Shown piece after piece: positions 61,097 through 64,000 of a DNA stretch of 64,000 bases. The position numbers and the translations under genes are program-made. The stretch's first letter is position 1. Each line of letters opens with the position of its first letter. Below the pieces are notes generated by a model. The model did not search any database. It had not been told where the DNA came from and worked only from the letters and a program-made list of their open reading frames with translations. Origin of the DNA: Lytechinus pictus (lineage: Eukaryota); contig NC_087252.1 in assembly GCF_037042905.1 (NCBI RefSeq), positions 2,358,001 through 2,422,000 of the forward strand, given 5' to 3'.

Positions 61097-62800
61097 TTAC
61101 TTCATATCATTGGGACTATTAATGAGCGACTTTTCAAGCTGCTTGAATCTATGATCAAGTGATGCTCTCTTTGCTGCTTCCGCTCGAGCGAGATCCTTCA
61201 TTTTTTGACGCAACAGAGCAACGTCGCCGCCAGCTTCAACTTCCCTCTTTGACGTTTTCAGCATCAGGTGCGCCGGAAGCGTCCTAACAATACGGCGAAT
61301 CACGTGATAGTTAACCTCCTCATCGTTGACGTCACAATTCTTTCGCGCATTGTCTTTGTTGTCCTTTTCCTGGGTTTCGTTTTCGCTGCTCCCACCCCAA
61401 ATGTGACTACTGTCGTGATTGTCCGTTTTCGGAAGAGAGGAAGCTGAATGGGTCTTCGCTGTATTTTCGCGCGTTTTCTTTGGCAAGGTTGAGCTGGCGG
61501 ATTTAACGGATTTAATGCCATTTTCATGTCGATGACGTTTTGAGCGTTCTTGATTAGGATTAGCGGTACTGTCGCGGCGTGAACCGCGTCTTGACCGGCT
61601 GTGACCGTTCTCGCTTGCCTTAATCGCTCTTATCAATTTATCTCGTGTAGGTGCTGACACCAGAACCGAGTGGTCACTCTGCTGCCGAATTAACTGCGGC
61701 TTTCTGTCAGTGACGGGTGAGTTTGGAAGGCTAACACTTGCTGGGCGGTGCATTTCCGAGGAAGCTGGTGGAGGCGATCTTCCTTTCACTTTCACGTTAG
61801 GTGTAGCTTGGGGCGGTAAAGAAGCGGTTAAGACTGAGGCATCTCTCTCAGGGCTAGAGATCGAAGATAGTTTCAAGTCATTTGTTGACGGAGACTCCAC
61901 TGGAAGTTGCGAAGCAAGAGATGGAACCGCGGGAGTTTTTTTGAATGACATAGCAAAAAGGCCAAGTGCTCTTACTTTTAGAACCGGAAACCTTGTTTTA
62001 GGTTTTACCGTTTCAGCAGATCCTCCGGGGTTCGGTTTCGCATTATTCAAGGGATCGGCATCTTTGACATCACTTTTCTGTACTTCCGGTTCAAGATTAC
62101 TGGTTTTCTTACACTCCTCTCCCCTGTCTTCTTCAACCACTTCTTCAACTTTCATCTCAGATTCTAGTTTCTGTTTCCAAGCACCTGACATTAATAGTGG
62201 CATCTTAATCTTTTCTCTCCTGGATCCAAAGACCCCCCTGCTTGCCAGGTCTCGCTTTTCTTCCTCCTTTCTATCACGCTCAGCTTGCTCGCTTTCTTTA
62301 GATGCTGTTATCGTTGTTTCCTGTATATCCGTTTCAGATTTGTCCCCCTGTGGAACTTGATCTGCTGATGAGGTTTCGTCTTCAAGCCCCATCGTCTTTA
62401 GCGATTCATCAAGAGACTTTTCGACAGGAGTCCCTTGTTTGAATTCCTTGCTCTCTGGGCTCGTACTCGACTTTGGTTTAAATGAAAACACGTATTCCTC
62501 TTTCAGCCAACTGTTGTCCCCGTCCTGAGGAGGAGGAGGGATGCAATTGAGATACTTAGGTCTCTGTGCAGCTTTCACAAAACGAAGATCATTGTCCTGG
62601 TCAAACACCTGCTTCATGAAGAAACTCCGCTGGTTCCACGACATCGCCGTTTCCCGTTTCCTCTTCTCCCTGTCGATCTTCCTGAGAGTAGCAGCCAACC
62701 GCCGTTCCTCACCCGGGTTTCCCAGGGAGATGCCTATCTCCCCGTTCCGTCCACCCCTCGACTCTGAGCGGTTGCTACGTCTAGCTACCTTCTGAGCCAT
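61097..62800 (-). CDS. 567-aa uncharacterised, mostly disordered protein with N- and C-terminal helical motifs (possibly CCDC190-like)
   Basis: 1.7-kb uninterrupted ORF in AT-rich DNA. N-terminal EERRLAATLRKIDREK coil and C-terminal SLDHRFKQLEKSL. A splice acceptor (ccccctgcag on minus, 62859) lies 58 nt upstream of the ATG. The family guess is from memory only. Confidence 0.85.
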   Translation of the reverse strand: MAQKVARRSNRSESRGGRNGEIGISLGNPGEERRLAATLRKIDREKRKRETAMSWNQRSFFMKQVFDQDNDLRFVKAAQRPKYLNCIPPPPQDGDNSWLKEEYVFSFKPKSSTSPESKEFKQGTPVEKSLDESLKTMGLEDETSSADQVPQGDKSETDIQETTITASKESEQAERDRKEEEKRDLASRGVFGSRREKIKMPLLMSGAWKQKLESEMKVEEVVEEDRGEECKKTSNLEPEVQKSDVKDADPLNNAKPNPGGSAETVKPKTRFPVLKVRALGLFAMSFKKTPAVPSLASQLPVESPSTNDLKLSSISSPERDASVLTASLPPQATPNVKVKGRSPPPASSEMHRPASVSLPNSPVTDRKPQLIRQQSDHSVLVSAPTRDKLIRAIKASENGHSRSRRGSRRDSTANPNQERSKRHRHENGIKSVKSASSTLPKKTRENTAKTHSASSLPKTDNHDSSHIWGGSSENETQEKDNKDNARKNCDVNDEEVNYHVIRRIVRTLPAHLMLKTSKREVEAGGDVALLRQKMKDLARAEAAKRASLDHRFKQLEKSLINSPNDMK

Positions 62801-64000
62801 AGTCCCGGCAAGATGTATCGTGCACCTCTAATTAGTTCCTCGTGATCATGATAATATTCTGCAGGGGGGGGGATATGAAAAAAATAGAAACGATAAGACC
62901 ATTACCTTCAAAATTTCCACATTACTGGCCATTAAAATTCCTTAAAAATTCAGCATTCTTAAACAAGTTTTAATATCCATTTCCGAAAAAAAATCCACAA
63001 AAAGCATACTAATTTATAATGTCATAATTACAAAAATAAGAAAAACTTCGTTCCTTACAAAAGAAATTCCATCCGACTTCAAATGATGATGACCCAAGAG
63101 CTACCCAGAAGCATCAATTCAATAAATACTTGAACGTTGGAATATAGAGTAATAAAATAACCGACCAGCTTTACAGTGTAGCCGCATCGATGTCAATTAA
63201 GTATTATAACCCCAGTGTTGTTTGACCACACCAATAATTTCCTTAATGTCTCCAATATTGAAAAAGGGAACTCTTGGCACAAATTAATCGATAAGACTCA
63301 GAAGGTAAAGGCCACAATAAAGAATAAGATCCTCCCAAAGCGACCCGCTCCTTCGATGTAATTCCACATGTTAACTCATCCCTATACCGGGGCCATTTTA
63401 TCATCTAGTTTAACCTATTGTTGTGGCGAAAGCACCCGTTATTGCGGTCACCCAAAACCTTATAGACTCCTTTGTTCGGATACATTGATCAGTTATCGAT
63501 TGGTTTTGTGTAGTAGTGAAAAGAAAGAAAGGTAGAAGTATGCAAACTAGTATTCAGTGTTGCTGGGATATTTGGGTTTTGTTTAGAGAATGGAGATCGG
63601 AGCAATAACCCAACAGAGACATGTACATGGAAGAGTCTCGAGGGGTGTGTGGGCTTTGTCGTCTGGTCGAAATCATTTAAAAAACACACACAAATTAATA
63701 TGTCAGAAAAATTAGTTGTTAAGTAATTTCAAATTTGAATACTCTAATTATATCATTTCCATGAGTGAAATTTGCCATTCACTGGTTTATTGTGATACAA
63801 ACGTTTTCAAAGAAAATGAAGTTTACAAATGAGATGACAAAAATAAATAATTTACATGTCAGCAGAAATAATACACTTATTTCAACACAGGGTTAATGCC
63901 TTTTAATAGCAAGTTGTAAGCATGAATTAAGAATCCGGGCACATTCGATGATCCATTTATATATCTTAGTTCATTGAAAAATTTAGATCCAGTACATGGC

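Noticed and set aside
61710..62795. Plus-strand ORFs of 216 and 84 aa
   Set aside because: Antisense shadows of the 567-aa minus-strand ORF, with no recognisable motifs.

Overview
Animal (non-prokaryotic) genomic DNA, AT-rich and dense in repeats, most likely sea urchin (inferred from a histone H2B fragment with the echinoid-type N-tail KAPRPSGGKKR). By hand-splicing I find a 16-coding-exon TRPC-family cation channel gene on + (ATG 9583 to TAA 46002, 2940 nt CDS, 979 aa, all introns GT-AG with matching phases). Most of its exons are missed or mis-bounded in the ORF track. Downstream are two tandem intronless orphan rhodopsin-type GPCR paralogs (+) and a convergent 567-aa largely disordered ORF (-). 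The rest is non-autonomous DNA transposons (hAT-, Harbinger-, piggyBac- and Kolobok-like by TSD), tRNA-derived SINEs, a decayed LINE-ORF1-like relic and microsatellites. The most unusual items are: (1) a 472-bp fold-back element whose arms each carry a 72-nt tRNA cloverleaf with a UCA (UGA-reading) anticodon and a T6 terminator; (2) a histone H2B fragment inside a piggyBac-like element; (3) a duplicated 3' splice site that could truncate the channel; (4) loss of the TRPC zinc-site motif; (5) a synonymously diverging hidden ORF upstream of both GPCRs; (6) a transposon with nine RFX X-box palindromes upstream of the channel. No database searches were possible, so family names come from motif recognition only. 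No CRISPR or other prokaryotic system is present.
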